From an archaeon (GTDB taxonomy: Archaea > Nanobdellota > Nanobdellia > Pacearchaeales > DTIR01), in assembly GCA_043808285.1 (NCBI GenBank), contig JAZDFA010000015.1, forward strand, positions 46,085 to 110,084: a stretch of 64,000 nucleotides of DNA, read 5' to 3'. Numbering within the stretch: the stretch's first letter is position 1; each line of letters opens with the position of its first letter. Under the pieces are notes generated by a model. The model worked only from the letters and a program-made list of their open reading frames with translations, did no database searches and was not told the origin of the DNA. Shown piece by piece: positions 37,700 to 46,414 of this stretch. Made by a program: the position numbers and the translations under genes.

Positions 37700-39418
37700 T
37701 TATTTCTCCTGCATCTGTTTTATAATATCAGCAAATGCTGGCCTTGTTATAAAAACTCCCAGGCTTATGCCTATAAATGTGGTTATTGCAAATCCCCTTA
37801 ATAGCCCAGCTCCTGCCCAAAACAATGGGAGCAATGACGCAACAACAGTAGAATATGCCCCAAATATTATTATCATTGCCCTCTTTAATCTCTCCTTAAT
37901 TCCAGACTCTTTGCCCTCCATTCTGGATTCATCTACTATTACTATTTGATCGTCTACTCCTGTTCCTATTGCTGCTATTATCCCTGCAATGCTAGCCAAA
38001 TCAAGATTCCATTTTATTAATGCTGCAAGACCTAGAGTCATTATAACCTCTGAGGTCATTGTCCCAAATATCAAAAAACATATTTTCAAATTCTTGAACC
38101 TGAAGTATAATACTGCAAAAACTCCCCCAAATGCTAAAGCTGCAGCAACAAATATTGCTCTTAAAAATTCTCCGCCCAACAAGGGAGAGATTGAATCTAG
38201 TTTAACAATTTCTAGTTTGAATGGAAGACTCCCAGTAATAAGAACTGTTTGAAGCTTGTTCATAGATTTTGATGCTGCTTCATAGGCTTCTTCTCTTGTT
38301 TTTCCAACTCCTGACCCCTGAACTTGTACTTGAGTTGTAATCTTTCCCCTTAAGTCTTCAGAAATAAGCAAAGAGTCTGCAAGCTTATCATCTAGATATA
38401 GGTTAAGTTTTTTATTCAAATATGTTCCTTGTTCTGTGGTATTCACAGATAAAATCTTTGTTATTTCTGCATGTTTTTTGGCAGATTCTTCACTTAGATA
38501 AACAACAAACCTAAATCTGCAAGCGTATCCATCTTGAATTTCCAAGCAGGAATCTATGCCCGCACATGTCGCATCATTTCTGCAAACAGATGTTATATCC
38601 TTCTTGCCCCCAATAAATGCAGTCTCATTGCCTATCCTTGCTTCAAATTTTCCCTGCTGACCAATTAATTCCTTCAAATCTTTAGGAGTTGCTCCTGCAA
38701 CCTCTACTAACATGTATGTATTGCCGCTCAAATCATTTGCAGCCCTTACACTTACATCACTAATACCATAAACATTAAGTCTGTAACTTGAAATTGAGAT
38801 GAGGTCTGCAAGTTCTTTTTGAGTGAGCTTTCTTTCTGGTTTTACTAACCCTCTTGCCCCACCCTGCAGATCTAATCCTGTCTTTACTTTAGTCCTTGGA
38901 ACTTCCCCCACCCCTATATCTAGAGGAGAATTGAGTATAAGCTGATAAGACTTCTTGTTAGTCTTTATGCTTAATTTTACTTTTGTTTCAATTAAATTTT
39001 TTGAAGTATAAAAGTCAAAATCATTTTTTAATTCTATGTCATTTATCTTTACTAATGTCATATTCTCTGCTATACCCGATTCCTTAGCCTCTCCCTCTGA
39101 AGAGATAATCGTGAGATTGTCTACTTCGAATCCTAATGTTGTACTATTGTAGCTAAAATTGCCCTCTTTAGTCACCACATAAAATGTTTGCAATGGAATC
39201 TCTATTGCCGATACAATCTTGGTGTAATCTTGCATATTTTTTATTGCCTTGCCGTCTATTTCTTTGATTATCTCCCCTTTTTGCATTCCTGCAATTGATG
39301 CAGAAGAATTTTCATTCAATGTTTTGATTATTACACCTGTTTCAAAATTTGGAGAGATTGCGATTAGCATTACTATAAAAGTGAATGCAAAAACCCATAA
39401 TCTAAAAGTCATTTTCAT
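37700..39418 (-). CDS. secD: Protein-export membrane protein SecD
   Basis: Large extracytoplasmic domain plus C-terminal 6-TM bundle (AIGTGVDDQIVIVDE...). Confidence 0.75.
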   Translation of the reverse strand: MKMTFRLWVFAFTFIVMLIAISPNFETGVIIKTLNENSSASIAGMQKGEIIKEIDGKAIKNMQDYTKIVSAIEIPLQTFYVVTKEGNFSYNSTTLGFEVDNLTIISSEGEAKESGIAENMTLVKINDIELKNDFDFYTSKNLIETKVKLSIKTNKKSYQLILNSPLDIGVGEVPRTKVKTGLDLQGGARGLVKPERKLTQKELADLISISSYRLNVYGISDVSVRAANDLSGNTYMLVEVAGATPKDLKELIGQQGKFEARIGNETAFIGGKKDITSVCRNDATCAGIDSCLEIQDGYACRFRFVVYLSEESAKKHAEITKILSVNTTEQGTYLNKKLNLYLDDKLADSLLISEDLRGKITTQVQVQGSGVGKTREEAYEAASKSMNKLQTVLITGSLPFKLEIVKLDSISPLLGGEFLRAIFVAAALAFGGVFAVLYFRFKNLKICFLIFGTMTSEVIMTLGLAALIKWNLDLASIAGIIAAIGTGVDDQIVIVDESRMEGKESGIKERLKRAMIIIFGAYSTVVASLLPLFWAGAGLLRGFAITTFIGISLGVFITRPAFADIIKQMQEK

Positions 39419-39456
39419 TTTTTCTTATACCACTCCACGGTTTTCTTCAATCCTTC

Positions 39457-40341
39457 TTAAACATTAGTCTTAGGACTCCACCCAAGAATATTTTTTGCCT
39501 TGTCATAATTTAGAATCATCCTTCTTACTTCTCCTTTTCTGGGCTTGCTATGCAAAACTCCCCCAGCATAACCTGTTGTCTTCTTCAAAAAATGATAGAT
39601 AGTATTAACGCTTGTAGAGGTGCATGAAGAGATATTAAATGCCTGATTAACCCCCTTAACAGATTCTATCGCAGAGATATTTGCATCAACAACATCACCT
39701 ACAAAAACAAAATCTCTTTCCTGCAAGCCATCCCCGTAAATAGCGGGGGCTATATTTGCAAGCATTTTTGTTGTAAAAATAGAAACTACTCCTGCTTCTC
39801 CTTCTGCATTCTGCCTAGGACCAAATACATTAGCATATCTTAAACAAACATAATTTAACCCGTATGTTTTGTTGTAAAAATCAAGGTATATTTCTCCAAA
39901 TAATTTATTTATCCCATATGGGCTTTTTGGTTTTATCTGGCTTGTTTCATATGCAGGAATTTTATTTTCAGAATATAGTGCCCCCCCTGTTGAAGCAAAA
40001 ACCACTTTTTCAACTTTGTATTTCCTGCAGCATTCCAAAAGATTAATCATCCCTATCACATTTGTCTCTATATCTTTTATGGGGTTGTCAACAGATTCTC
40101 TTAAGTCTATATGGGCAGCATGATGATTCACAAAATTTGGCTGTTCTTTCTGGAATATTCTTTCTAAATCCTTGCTCTTTATATCTACCTTGTAGAATCT
40201 TGCTTTCTTGTTGACATTTTCAAGCTTTCCGGTTGAAAGATTGTCTACTACTGCAACATCAAATCCGCCCTCGATTAGTGCATCAACTATATGGCTCCCT
40301 ATAAAGCCAGCACCCCCAGTTACTAATACTTTCTTTTTCAT
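39457..40341 (-). CDS. NAD-dependent epimerase/dehydratase (GalE-like)
   Basis: KVLVTGGAGFIGSHIVDALIEGGFDVAVVDNLSTG. Confidence 0.75.
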   Translation of the reverse strand: MKKKVLVTGGAGFIGSHIVDALIEGGFDVAVVDNLSTGKLENVNKKARFYKVDIKSKDLERIFQKEQPNFVNHHAAHIDLRESVDNPIKDIETNVIGMINLLECCRKYKVEKVVFASTGGALYSENKIPAYETSQIKPKSPYGINKLFGEIYLDFYNKTYGLNYVCLRYANVFGPRQNAEGEAGVVSIFTTKMLANIAPAIYGDGLQERDFVFVGDVVDANISAIESVKGVNQAFNISSCTSTSVNTIYHFLKKTTGYAGGVLHSKPRKGEVRRMILNYDKAKNILGWSPKTNV

Positions 40342-40342
40342 T

Positions 40343-41230
40343 TTAGTATATCTTCTTTTTCTCGCAATACCATTTTAACAACCCTGCATTCCCAAGCCAA
40401 GTTGAGAATATATCCACTATAAGCCCCAGGCTTAATATCATGAATATTTCTGTCAAAACACTTGATATATTTCTTACAACAAAGAATGCAATCAATACTG
40501 CAATCAAGGAGGTTAATGTCATGGTTATTCCAGTGAGAAAAGAATTCCATATCCTATCATTTATTTTTAATTCCCTCTTCCTTAATGCTCGATTAGTAAG
40601 CATTATGTCTGTATCTACTGAATAACCTATTAACATGAGTAATGCTGCAATTCCTGCTCCGGAAACTTTGAATCCCATCAAATCCAGTACTGCTAAGGGG
40701 ACTAATATGTCTGTCACTGCTGCCTGTATTACTGCTATTGCTGGAATAAATGTTCTAAACAAAAAGAATATGACTATCGCCATCAAGACAAAAGCTATTA
40801 GCATTGCATTTCTTAGCTCTTTATAAAAACTCTCGCTTAATGAAGACCCTGTAAATTCTATACTTGAGTTTTCTTCTGTAAGAGTATATCCTAAATATTT
40901 TTCCACTAGGGGCTTAATCTCGTTTATGTCCTTGTTTGTTTCTATAATAAATGCTATCTGCTTGCCAGTATTTAGTTCGCTCAACTTCCTTATTGATACT
41001 CCCTCTGGCAACGATTTCTCTAAGGGAGAAATATCCATTCCAGAATTAACAGTTAAGATTGTTCCACCGCTCAAGCTAACATCTTTGTACATTATATCTC
41101 CAGTACTAAAATAAAAGAAGATTAGATATCCTATCGTAACTAATGTCACTGTAAAAGAAATAGCTATTAATGTCTTGTAATTCTTGTCATACCAGTCACT
41201 TAATCTCTTTCCCTTCTCAATATCATTCAT
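40343..41230 (-). CDS. secF: Protein-export membrane protein SecF
   Basis: N-terminal TM, periplasmic domain, C-terminal TM bundle (TDILVPLAVLDLMGFKVSGAGIAALLMLIGYSVDTDIML). Confidence 0.75.
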   Translation of the reverse strand: MNDIEKGKRLSDWYDKNYKTLIAISFTVTLVTIGYLIFFYFSTGDIMYKDVSLSGGTILTVNSGMDISPLEKSLPEGVSIRKLSELNTGKQIAFIIETNKDINEIKPLVEKYLGYTLTEENSSIEFTGSSLSESFYKELRNAMLIAFVLMAIVIFFLFRTFIPAIAVIQAAVTDILVPLAVLDLMGFKVSGAGIAALLMLIGYSVDTDIMLTNRALRKRELKINDRIWNSFLTGITMTLTSLIAVLIAFFVVRNISSVLTEIFMILSLGLIVDIFSTWLGNAGLLKWYCEKKKIY

Positions 41231-41263
41231 CTTTCATCAAAATATCGGTGTTTTAAAAACCTT

Positions 41264-41271
41264 TTTAAATG
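41264..41271 (+). promoter_or_regulatory. Candidate TATA box (TTTAAATG) about 25-30 nt upstream of tRNA-Gly
   Basis: AT-rich box at the canonical archaeal distance from the mature tRNA 5' end. Confidence 0.25.
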
Positions 41272-41293
41272 TCTTATTATTAGGGAATTAAAT

Positions 41294-41365
41294 GCGCTGG
41301 TGGTCCAATGGCTAAGACTTCAGCCTTCCAAGCTGATTATCCGGGTTCGAATCCCGGCCGGCGCA
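41294..41365 (+). tRNA. tRNA-Gly (anticodon UCC)
   Basis: Hand-folded cloverleaf: acceptor GCGCTGG/CCGGCGC, anticodon stem TCAGC/GCTGA, loop CTTCCAA, T-arm CCGGG-TTCGAAT-CCCGG. Confidence 0.7.
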
Positions 41366-41368
41366 TCC

Positions 41369-42070
41369 CTAATATTTCTTGTTAAAATAAAGAAACCTTT
41401 TATGTCCTTCAAAAACTCCTAGGAATTCATTAACCTTGCCCTCTAAATCTTCTTTATTGCAAGATTTGGGAGGTTCTAGGGGAGTCAAATAATCAATATA
41501 GAGGGAATTTAGTTTAGGATGAAGCACATTGTTTACATCTTTGCTATTCTTGCTTATGTAAACTGGAAGTATCTTTCTTTTAGAATGAGCAGAAAGCCAT
41601 GCAATCCCCCAATACATTCTCCTGTCCTCTGTTAGATGTGCTGGTCCTTCTGGGAAAATGCCTACGCATTCTCCATTGTCAAGATATCTAAGTCCTTGTC
41701 TAATCTTATTAGATGAGAATGTCTCTAAACGCTCTAGATATCTCTTTGTGGCTAGTTTCATATATTGGATATCCTGAACCATAAAATGAACTTTCTTAGG
41801 ATATTTTGCACCGACAAAAAGATGATCTATCCATCTTGTCCTTTTGTCTTTATCCCTCAAAAAAGGATTAACTAATACCTTTAGTTTATGATTAATCGCC
41901 AAAATAACGGGTTCACTTGGAATCTCACCAGATTCATAAACCCTAAATCCTGCATAAGGTACAATAGATAAAAAGTCTATTGTTTTATTTAATGCCCCGA
42001 TTGTTTGATCATACGATTTATTTGACATATTATGTCTCAGAAAGAGTCTGAGGTCCCTAACCACCCCCAA
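41369..42070 (-). CDS. Lysophospholipid acyltransferase (PlsC-like) family protein
   Basis: AINHKL...VGIFPEGPAH resembles acyltransferase motifs I and III. Confidence 0.5.
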   Translation of the reverse strand: MGVVRDLRLFLRHNMSNKSYDQTIGALNKTIDFLSIVPYAGFRVYESGEIPSEPVILAINHKLKVLVNPFLRDKDKRTRWIDHLFVGAKYPKKVHFMVQDIQYMKLATKRYLERLETFSSNKIRQGLRYLDNGECVGIFPEGPAHLTEDRRMYWGIAWLSAHSKRKILPVYISKNSKDVNNVLHPKLNSLYIDYLTPLEPPKSCNKEDLEGKVNEFLGVFEGHKRFLYFNKKY

Positions 42071-42114
42071 AATTATCTAAATAATGTTAGTTTTGCTATT
42101 TAAAAAATTATCTA

Positions 42115-42203
42115 CGCCCCCCCGAGGATTTGAACCCCGGACCCTCTCATTTCTTCCAGACTATTAGGAGTGAGATGCTCTATCCAAGCTGAGCTAGGAG
42201 GGC
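42115..42203 (-). tRNA. tRNA-Arg (anticodon CCU) with a 14-nt intron next to the anticodon loop
   Basis: Minus strand reads GCCCTCC-TA-GCTC...GAGC-A-TCTCA-CTCCTA[ATAGTCTGGAAGAA]A-TGAGA-GGGTC-CGGGG-TTCAAAT-CCTCG-GGGGGGC-G. All stems pair once the 14 nt are removed. Confidence 0.65.
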
Positions 42204-42260
42204 ACAAAAACAAAACGTTGTTTTGTCAGGAAAACTTAAGAAAAAGGGTATATAAAAGGC

Positions 42261-42776
42261 TTACTTTTTGCCGAAAATAAAAAATCCCTTCTTTTTTTCC
42301 TTTGGTTCATTCTTCCTTATAAAAAGAACAGGTACATTATATGCCTGTGCTGTTTTTGCCTGAACTAAATCTGCGGTTATGAGTGTGGCATTATTTTTTC
42401 TTGCAATCTCCCTAATCAATGCGTCAATCTCTCCAGATTTTGCAAATTTTATCTGGTGCTCATTGGGCCTTAACCCCTCAAAATAAACCGAGAAATTATG
42501 GTGCTTCTTTAGTTGATGCAACATTGTTATTTCTTCCAATCCTATAAATCCTGCTTCAACTCCCTTGTTTGCAAGATTCTCTAGCTCAGCCATAACTGCA
42601 TTAGGAATTATGAATTTTCCCTTAAGCCCTCTTTTTATCAGCTTTCTAATTGATTGGTTTATTGCTACATTCGTATCTATTACGTAAGTCTTTATGTCCG
42701 TGCTTATCTGCCTATTTAGCCCTCTTCTTGCCTTTCTCTTTATTTGCTCGCTAACGCCTTTTTTTTTCTTATCCAT
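42261..42776 (-). CDS. PIN-domain protein (putative ribonuclease)
   Basis: YVIDTNVAINQ PIN-type acidic motif near the N-terminus. Confidence 0.45.
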   Translation of the reverse strand: MDKKKKGVSEQIKRKARRGLNRQISTDIKTYVIDTNVAINQSIRKLIKRGLKGKFIIPNAVMAELENLANKGVEAGFIGLEEITMLHQLKKHHNFSVYFEGLRPNEHQIKFAKSGEIDALIREIARKNNATLITADLVQAKTAQAYNVPVLFIRKNEPKEKKKGFFIFGKK

Positions 42777-42783
42777 TTTTAGA

Positions 42784-42867
42784 TGCGGGAGATAGGATTC
42801 GAACCTATGTAGGCACTAAGCCAATACGTCTTGAGCGTATCCCGTTTGGCCACTCCGGCACCCCCGC
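42784..42867 (-). tRNA. tRNA-Leu (anticodon CAA), class II with long variable arm
   Basis: Acceptor GCGGGGG/CTCCCGC, anticodon arm ATACG-CTCAAGA-CGTAT, 15-nt variable arm, T-arm ATAGG-TTCGAAT-CCTAT. Confidence 0.7.
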
Positions 42868-42957
42868 ATAATCCTAAACATTAAGAGAGACTTATAAAGA
42901 TTTCTTTGAATATTACATAGAAGTCATGTCATAATTTCAATTATTAAAACCGAAACA

Positions 42958-42969
42958 ATAAGATTTAAA
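42958..42969 (+). promoter_or_regulatory. Candidate TATA box (ATTTAAAAA) about 25 nt upstream of the 5S rRNA
   Basis: Position and composition only. Confidence 0.25.
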
Positions 42970-42989
42970 AACCCCCCTTCATAGCCTAT

Positions 42990-43107
42990 ATTGAAGACGG
43001 CCATAGCAAGTAGGAAACACCTCTTCCCATCAGAACAGAGAAGTTAAGCTGCTTGCGTTTTAGGTTGTAGTCTCTTCGGAGGCGAACCCCAAAAGCTGTC
43101 CTCACTT
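42990..43107 (+). rRNA. 5S ribosomal RNA (ends approximate)
   Basis: GGCCATAGC...GGAAACACC...CCCATCAGAACAGAGAAGTTAAGC 5S-like core; terminal helix GAAGACGGC/GCTGTC; followed by a T-run. Confidence 0.55.
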
Positions 43108-43189
43108 TTTATAATCTCTTAGATTTTTCAATTAGATTTTTAAGCGTATTTACCTCCCTTATTCTTGTCATAAGTTTCAATTTACGGAC

Positions 43190-43477
43190 ATGAGCAAAAA
43201 AAAGGAAAAGGCTATTGCAGAGAGGCAAATTAGAATGTTATTTGCAAAAGCGAAAAAAAGCTCTTTTGACTCTCAAATCTCTAAAGAATTTGTTAGAAAA
43301 GCAAGAAAAGAAGCGATGCATCTAAACATAAAACTTTCTAAAGAAACAAGGCAAAAGTTCTGTAAAAAATGCCTCAGTTACTTCAATACTAACAATTGCC
43401 AAATTAGAATTAAAAAAGGATTTAGAGTAATAAAATGCACTAATTGCAAGTGCCTTTCAAGATATAAACTGCTTTAA
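43190..43477 (+). CDS. RNase P protein component 4 (Rpp21/Rpr2 zinc-ribbon subunit)
   Basis: Basic N-terminus and CKKC...CTNCKC zinc-ribbon arrangement typical of archaeal Rpp21. Confidence 0.55.
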   Translation: MSKKKEKAIAERQIRMLFAKAKKSSFDSQISKEFVRKARKEAMHLNIKLSKETRQKFCKKCLSYFNTNNCQIRIKKGFRVIKCTNCKCLSRYKLL

Positions 43478-43483
43478 GAAAAA

Positions 43484-43681
43484 TTAAAATTTCTTGAATT
43501 TTCCAACTAATTCTATCAAATCTACATGTCCAATAAATATAGCTCGGCAGCAGTATCTTTCTAAACCCAAGTTATCTAAAACCTTTTTAGGGTCTTCTCC
43601 TTTAGCAACTCTCTCTTTGAATTCTTCCCAAAGATGTGCAATTGGTTTGCCGCATGAAAAACATCTTACCGGTATTATCAT
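43484..43681 (-). CDS. rpoN: DNA-directed RNA polymerase subunit N (Rpo10)
   Basis: [21 protein letters not shown]... Confidence 0.85.
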   Translation of the reverse strand: MIIPVRCFSCGKPIAHLWEEFKERVAKGEDPKKVLDNLGLERYCCRAIFIGHVDLIELVGKFKKF

Positions 43682-43711
43682 TTTTGTGTATATCTTGATT
43701 GTTTTTTAAAT

Positions 43712-44134
43712 TTATCTGTATGATTTTTGTCTCTTTGCTCTTGCTTTACTGTCATTTGGCTTGTACTGTTCCTTTCTTCTTACATCTGCAACAAGCAAAA
43801 ATCTGTCATAAGAAGTAAATGCCTTCTTTAATTCTGCACTTTTAGTGTATGCAACAATTGCTCTTGCTATTGCTAATCTTGAAGCTTCTATCTGGCTTTC
43901 TACACCTCCACCAATAACATTAACAGAAATATCAAATTGCAATGGTTCTTGCTTCAATGTTTCGCAAGCAATTCTTAGAGGTTCTTCTACCATGAATCTT
44001 CTTATAGTACTTAAAAAAGTTAGAGGCCTCTTGTTAATTCTTATTATTCCAGTTCCTGGTTTTATTGATGCCCTAGCTATTGCTGTTTTTCTCTTTCCTG
44101 AAATTGTTATTGTATCTGATTTTTTCTTTACCAT
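43712..44134 (-). CDS. rps9: 30S ribosomal protein S9 (uS9)
   Basis: C-terminal ...ARAKRQKSYR and GGG..SQ core. Confidence 0.9.
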   Translation of the reverse strand: MVKKKSDTITISGKRKTAIARASIKPGTGIIRINKRPLTFLSTIRRFMVEEPLRIACETLKQEPLQFDISVNVIGGGVESQIEASRLAIARAIVAYTKSAELKKAFTSYDRFLLVADVRRKEQYKPNDSKARAKRQKSYR

Positions 44135-44136
44135 TT

Positions 44137-44535
44137 TTAATTAGAATTAAGCTCCTTTACTTTTAAAGATTTTATCCTTTTCTTTACTGCAATAGTTATC
44201 TTTTTCGAATCAGTATATTTTAAAGGCGTAGCCCCATAGCATAAAACTCTCTTGTATGCCATGAGTCCTCTTCCTTTTTTATACGCAAGCATGCCTCTTA
44301 CTGCTCTTTTTACTATTCTTGCAGGAGTTTTTGGGAAGAAAGGACCTTTAATATCTCCCCTGCTAGTTTTTCTTCTATAATCCTCTATTATATTTGCCTT
44401 GTTTCCAAGTATTACTGCCTTGTCGCAATTAAGAATGAATACCTTATTTCCGAGAAGAGCTTGCTTTGCAGCAAAACTTGCTAATCTTCCCAAGACAGAA
44501 TCTGCAGCATCAATAATAAATTCTTCTGATTTCAT
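44137..44535 (-). CDS. rpl13: 50S ribosomal protein L13 (uL13)
   Basis: IIDAADSVLGRLAS... Start set at the internal Met to avoid overlap with L18e; track ORF extends to 44592. Confidence 0.8.
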   Translation of the reverse strand: MKSEEFIIDAADSVLGRLASFAAKQALLGNKVFILNCDKAVILGNKANIIEDYRRKTSRGDIKGPFFPKTPARIVKRAVRGMLAYKKGRGLMAYKRVLCYGATPLKYTDSKKITIAVKKRIKSLKVKELNSN

Positions 44536-44882
44536 TTTAATATCCTGGCGTCCTTTTCTTTTGCCATCTCTTCTATGCTCTTTACTAAGCAATTTTTTAA
44601 TTTGTTTTTTGCATCTGAAGAAAATGAAACTGCTGCAATTGTTATCTTATGATTTATATCTCCAGAACCTAATACTTTTCCAGGAACTATTATTTTATCC
44701 CCCTCTTTTGTTTCTCTTGCTAATCTGCCGATGTTTACAGTTATGTTCTTTCTCCTAGGAAATGAAAGCAATGAAGCTAAATCTATTTTATTCTGCTTTT
44801 TCATAGTTATGACTATTTGTTTGAGTTCCTGATTTGTTTTTCTTCTTATCTGTTTGTCTATTTTTGTTTTGCTTTTTGTCAT
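44532..44882 (-). CDS. rpl18e: 50S ribosomal protein L18e
   Basis: Basic N-terminus, ...NVNIGRLARETKEGDKIIVPGKVLGSG. Confidence 0.7.
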   Translation of the reverse strand: MTKSKTKIDKQIRRKTNQELKQIVITMKKQNKIDLASLLSFPRRKNITVNIGRLARETKEGDKIIVPGKVLGSGDINHKITIAAVSFSSDAKNKLKNCLVKSIEEMAKEKDARILK

Positions 44883-44912
44883 TTTCTTAGTTTTTAACTT
44901 TAGATTATTATA

Positions 44913-44996
44913 TGCGGGGGATAGGGATCGAACCTATGTAGGCACTAAGCCACTTGGTCCTTAGCCAAGTCCGTTTGACCGCTCCGGCACTCCCGC
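44913..44996 (-). tRNA. tRNA-Leu, class II, anticodon loop CTAAGGA (apparent anticodon AAG)
   Basis: Paralog of the 42784 tRNA (same D-arm, variable arm, T-arm). Anticodon arm CTTGG-CTAAGGA-CCAAG. One A-C mismatch in the acceptor stem. Confidence 0.6.
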
Positions 44997-45102
44997 GCTA
45001 ACCTCCTAGTTAGAGAAATCCTTGATTCCCCTGTTAGCGGGGGTTTTTTGCTGTTTATAATCTTTATTATGTCAAGAAAATCTTAACTGATTTTCTTAGG
45101 TC

Positions 45103-45879
45103 TCAAATCTTATCTGCTTTCTTTTCTAATTCTTTGAGGTTTTCATTTAATGCTTTAACTGCTTCTATAAACATATCTTTTGCACTTATTTGTCCCCAAG
45201 ATTCCATAATAAATATAAAATCGGTGTTTGAAGCCTTTATGTCTAAGGCATTCTTTCCGCATTTGTTGCATGCATCTAGACAAGCCTCACATATATCGCA
45301 ATCTTCTATATTTTCAATAACAATCTTCCCTTCTTTCTCCTTCAAAATATTAAGAGGACAAGATTTTACACATTCCTTGCAAAAATCACAATTTTTATTG
45401 ATATTTATTGAACATGAAGGCTTGTAATAAAAGAGACCTGGTGAAAACTTAGCATGCTCTTTTGCTTTACCTAATCTGGCTGTAGCACTTAACTCTAGTT
45501 CCTGTCCATCAGCCAAAATAACTAGGGGCATTTTTTCATAAACTACGTCTGCTTTTCCTTTCAAATCTGAAGAATATACCGTACATGGGCCTTTTCTCTC
45601 CAGTTTGAATGTGATAGTGCATTTGCTGCAGCCCTTCCCATTGCAATCGCATTCTTCTTGCAGATTCAATTTCTCTGACTTGAAAACAACCAATCCAATC
45701 CTTAATGCAAGAATTTCATCATAAAGCGCAGAATCATTTTTTGAAAATTCAACTGTGTCTATAGCCAATATAGGAACTTCTTGCAAAGACCTTCTTAATG
45801 AATTTGCAATTGTTTCATTTATTCCGCTTACTAAAAATTTTATCTGATTATCTTTTTTGCTTATTGCTTTTATTTCCAT
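45103..45879 (-). CDS. rpoD: DNA-directed RNA polymerase subunit D (Rpo3) with 4Fe-4S cluster domain
   Basis: Rpo3 fold with Cys-rich ferredoxin-like insert (CDCNGKGCSKC...CDICEACLDAC). Start set at MEIKAIS, 1 nt after the S11 stop. Confidence 0.8.
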   Translation of the reverse strand: MEIKAISKKDNQIKFLVSGINETIANSLRRSLQEVPILAIDTVEFSKNDSALYDEILALRIGLVVFKSEKLNLQEECDCNGKGCSKCTITFKLERKGPCTVYSSDLKGKADVVYEKMPLVILADGQELELSATARLGKAKEHAKFSPGLFYYKPSCSININKNCDFCKECVKSCPLNILKEKEGKIVIENIEDCDICEACLDACNKCGKNALDIKASNTDFIFIMESWGQISAKDMFIEAVKALNENLKELEKKADKI

Positions 45880-45880
45880 T

Positions 45881-46294
45881 TTACACTCTCCTTCCTCTCT
45901 TTCCCCCAGGAGCTTTAGGACCCCCCCTAGGCAATGCAGTAGTATCAATGATATTTATTATATGTATTCCCTCTCTTGAAATGCTTTTTACTGCTGCATG
46001 TGCTCCAGGACCCGGAGCAGGACTTCCTGTTTTAGCTTTTATTCTTACATATAGGCTTTTTATTCCAAATTCCTTCGCTTTTTCAGCAGCCCTTTTTGCA
46101 GAGAACATTGCAACAGTAGGATTTGCCTTTAATCTATCTTGTTTTGTTACCATTCCACCAGACATTCTTGCAAGAGTATTGCCAGCTAAATCGGTTATAT
46201 GGACTATAGTATTATTAAAGCTAGTATAAATATAAGCTATCCCAGTATCGTCAATCTTTTTTCTGGTTTCTTCTTTTATTTGTGTTGTTTCCAT
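45881..46294 (-). CDS. rps11: 30S ribosomal protein S11 (uS11)
   Basis: ...GIAYIYTSFNNTIVHITDLAGNTL... Confidence 0.9.
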   Translation of the reverse strand: METTQIKEETRKKIDDTGIAYIYTSFNNTIVHITDLAGNTLARMSGGMVTKQDRLKANPTVAMFSAKRAAEKAKEFGIKSLYVRIKAKTGSPAPGPGAHAAVKSISREGIHIINIIDTTALPRGGPKAPGGKRGRRV

Positions 46295-46325
46295 TTTTTA
46301 CTCTTCTTTTACCTCTTCAATTTTT
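46279..46325. repeat. Copy 1 of a 47-nt direct repeat spanning the S11 start codon and upstream region
   Basis: Identical to 46368-46414 (offset 89 nt). Confidence 0.8.
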
Positions 46326-46367
46326 TCTGTTTTCTTCTAATTCTTACTTGCAACATCCTTTTTGTCG

Positions 46368-46414
46368 TTTGTGTTGTTTCCATTTTTTACTCTTCTTTTA
46401 CCTCTTCAATTTTT
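46368..46414. repeat. Copy 2 of the 47-nt direct repeat, spanning the S4 stop codon
   Basis: Identical to 46279-46325. Confidence 0.8.

Noticed and set aside
45028-45049. Plus-strand GC hairpin (CCCCTG-TTAG-CGGGGG) followed by T6, resembling an intrinsic terminator, just beyond the 5' side of the minus-strand tRNA-Leu.
   Set aside because: It is oriented for the plus strand, where no gene lies upstream nearby. It is probably incidental or part of the tRNA leader/promoter context.
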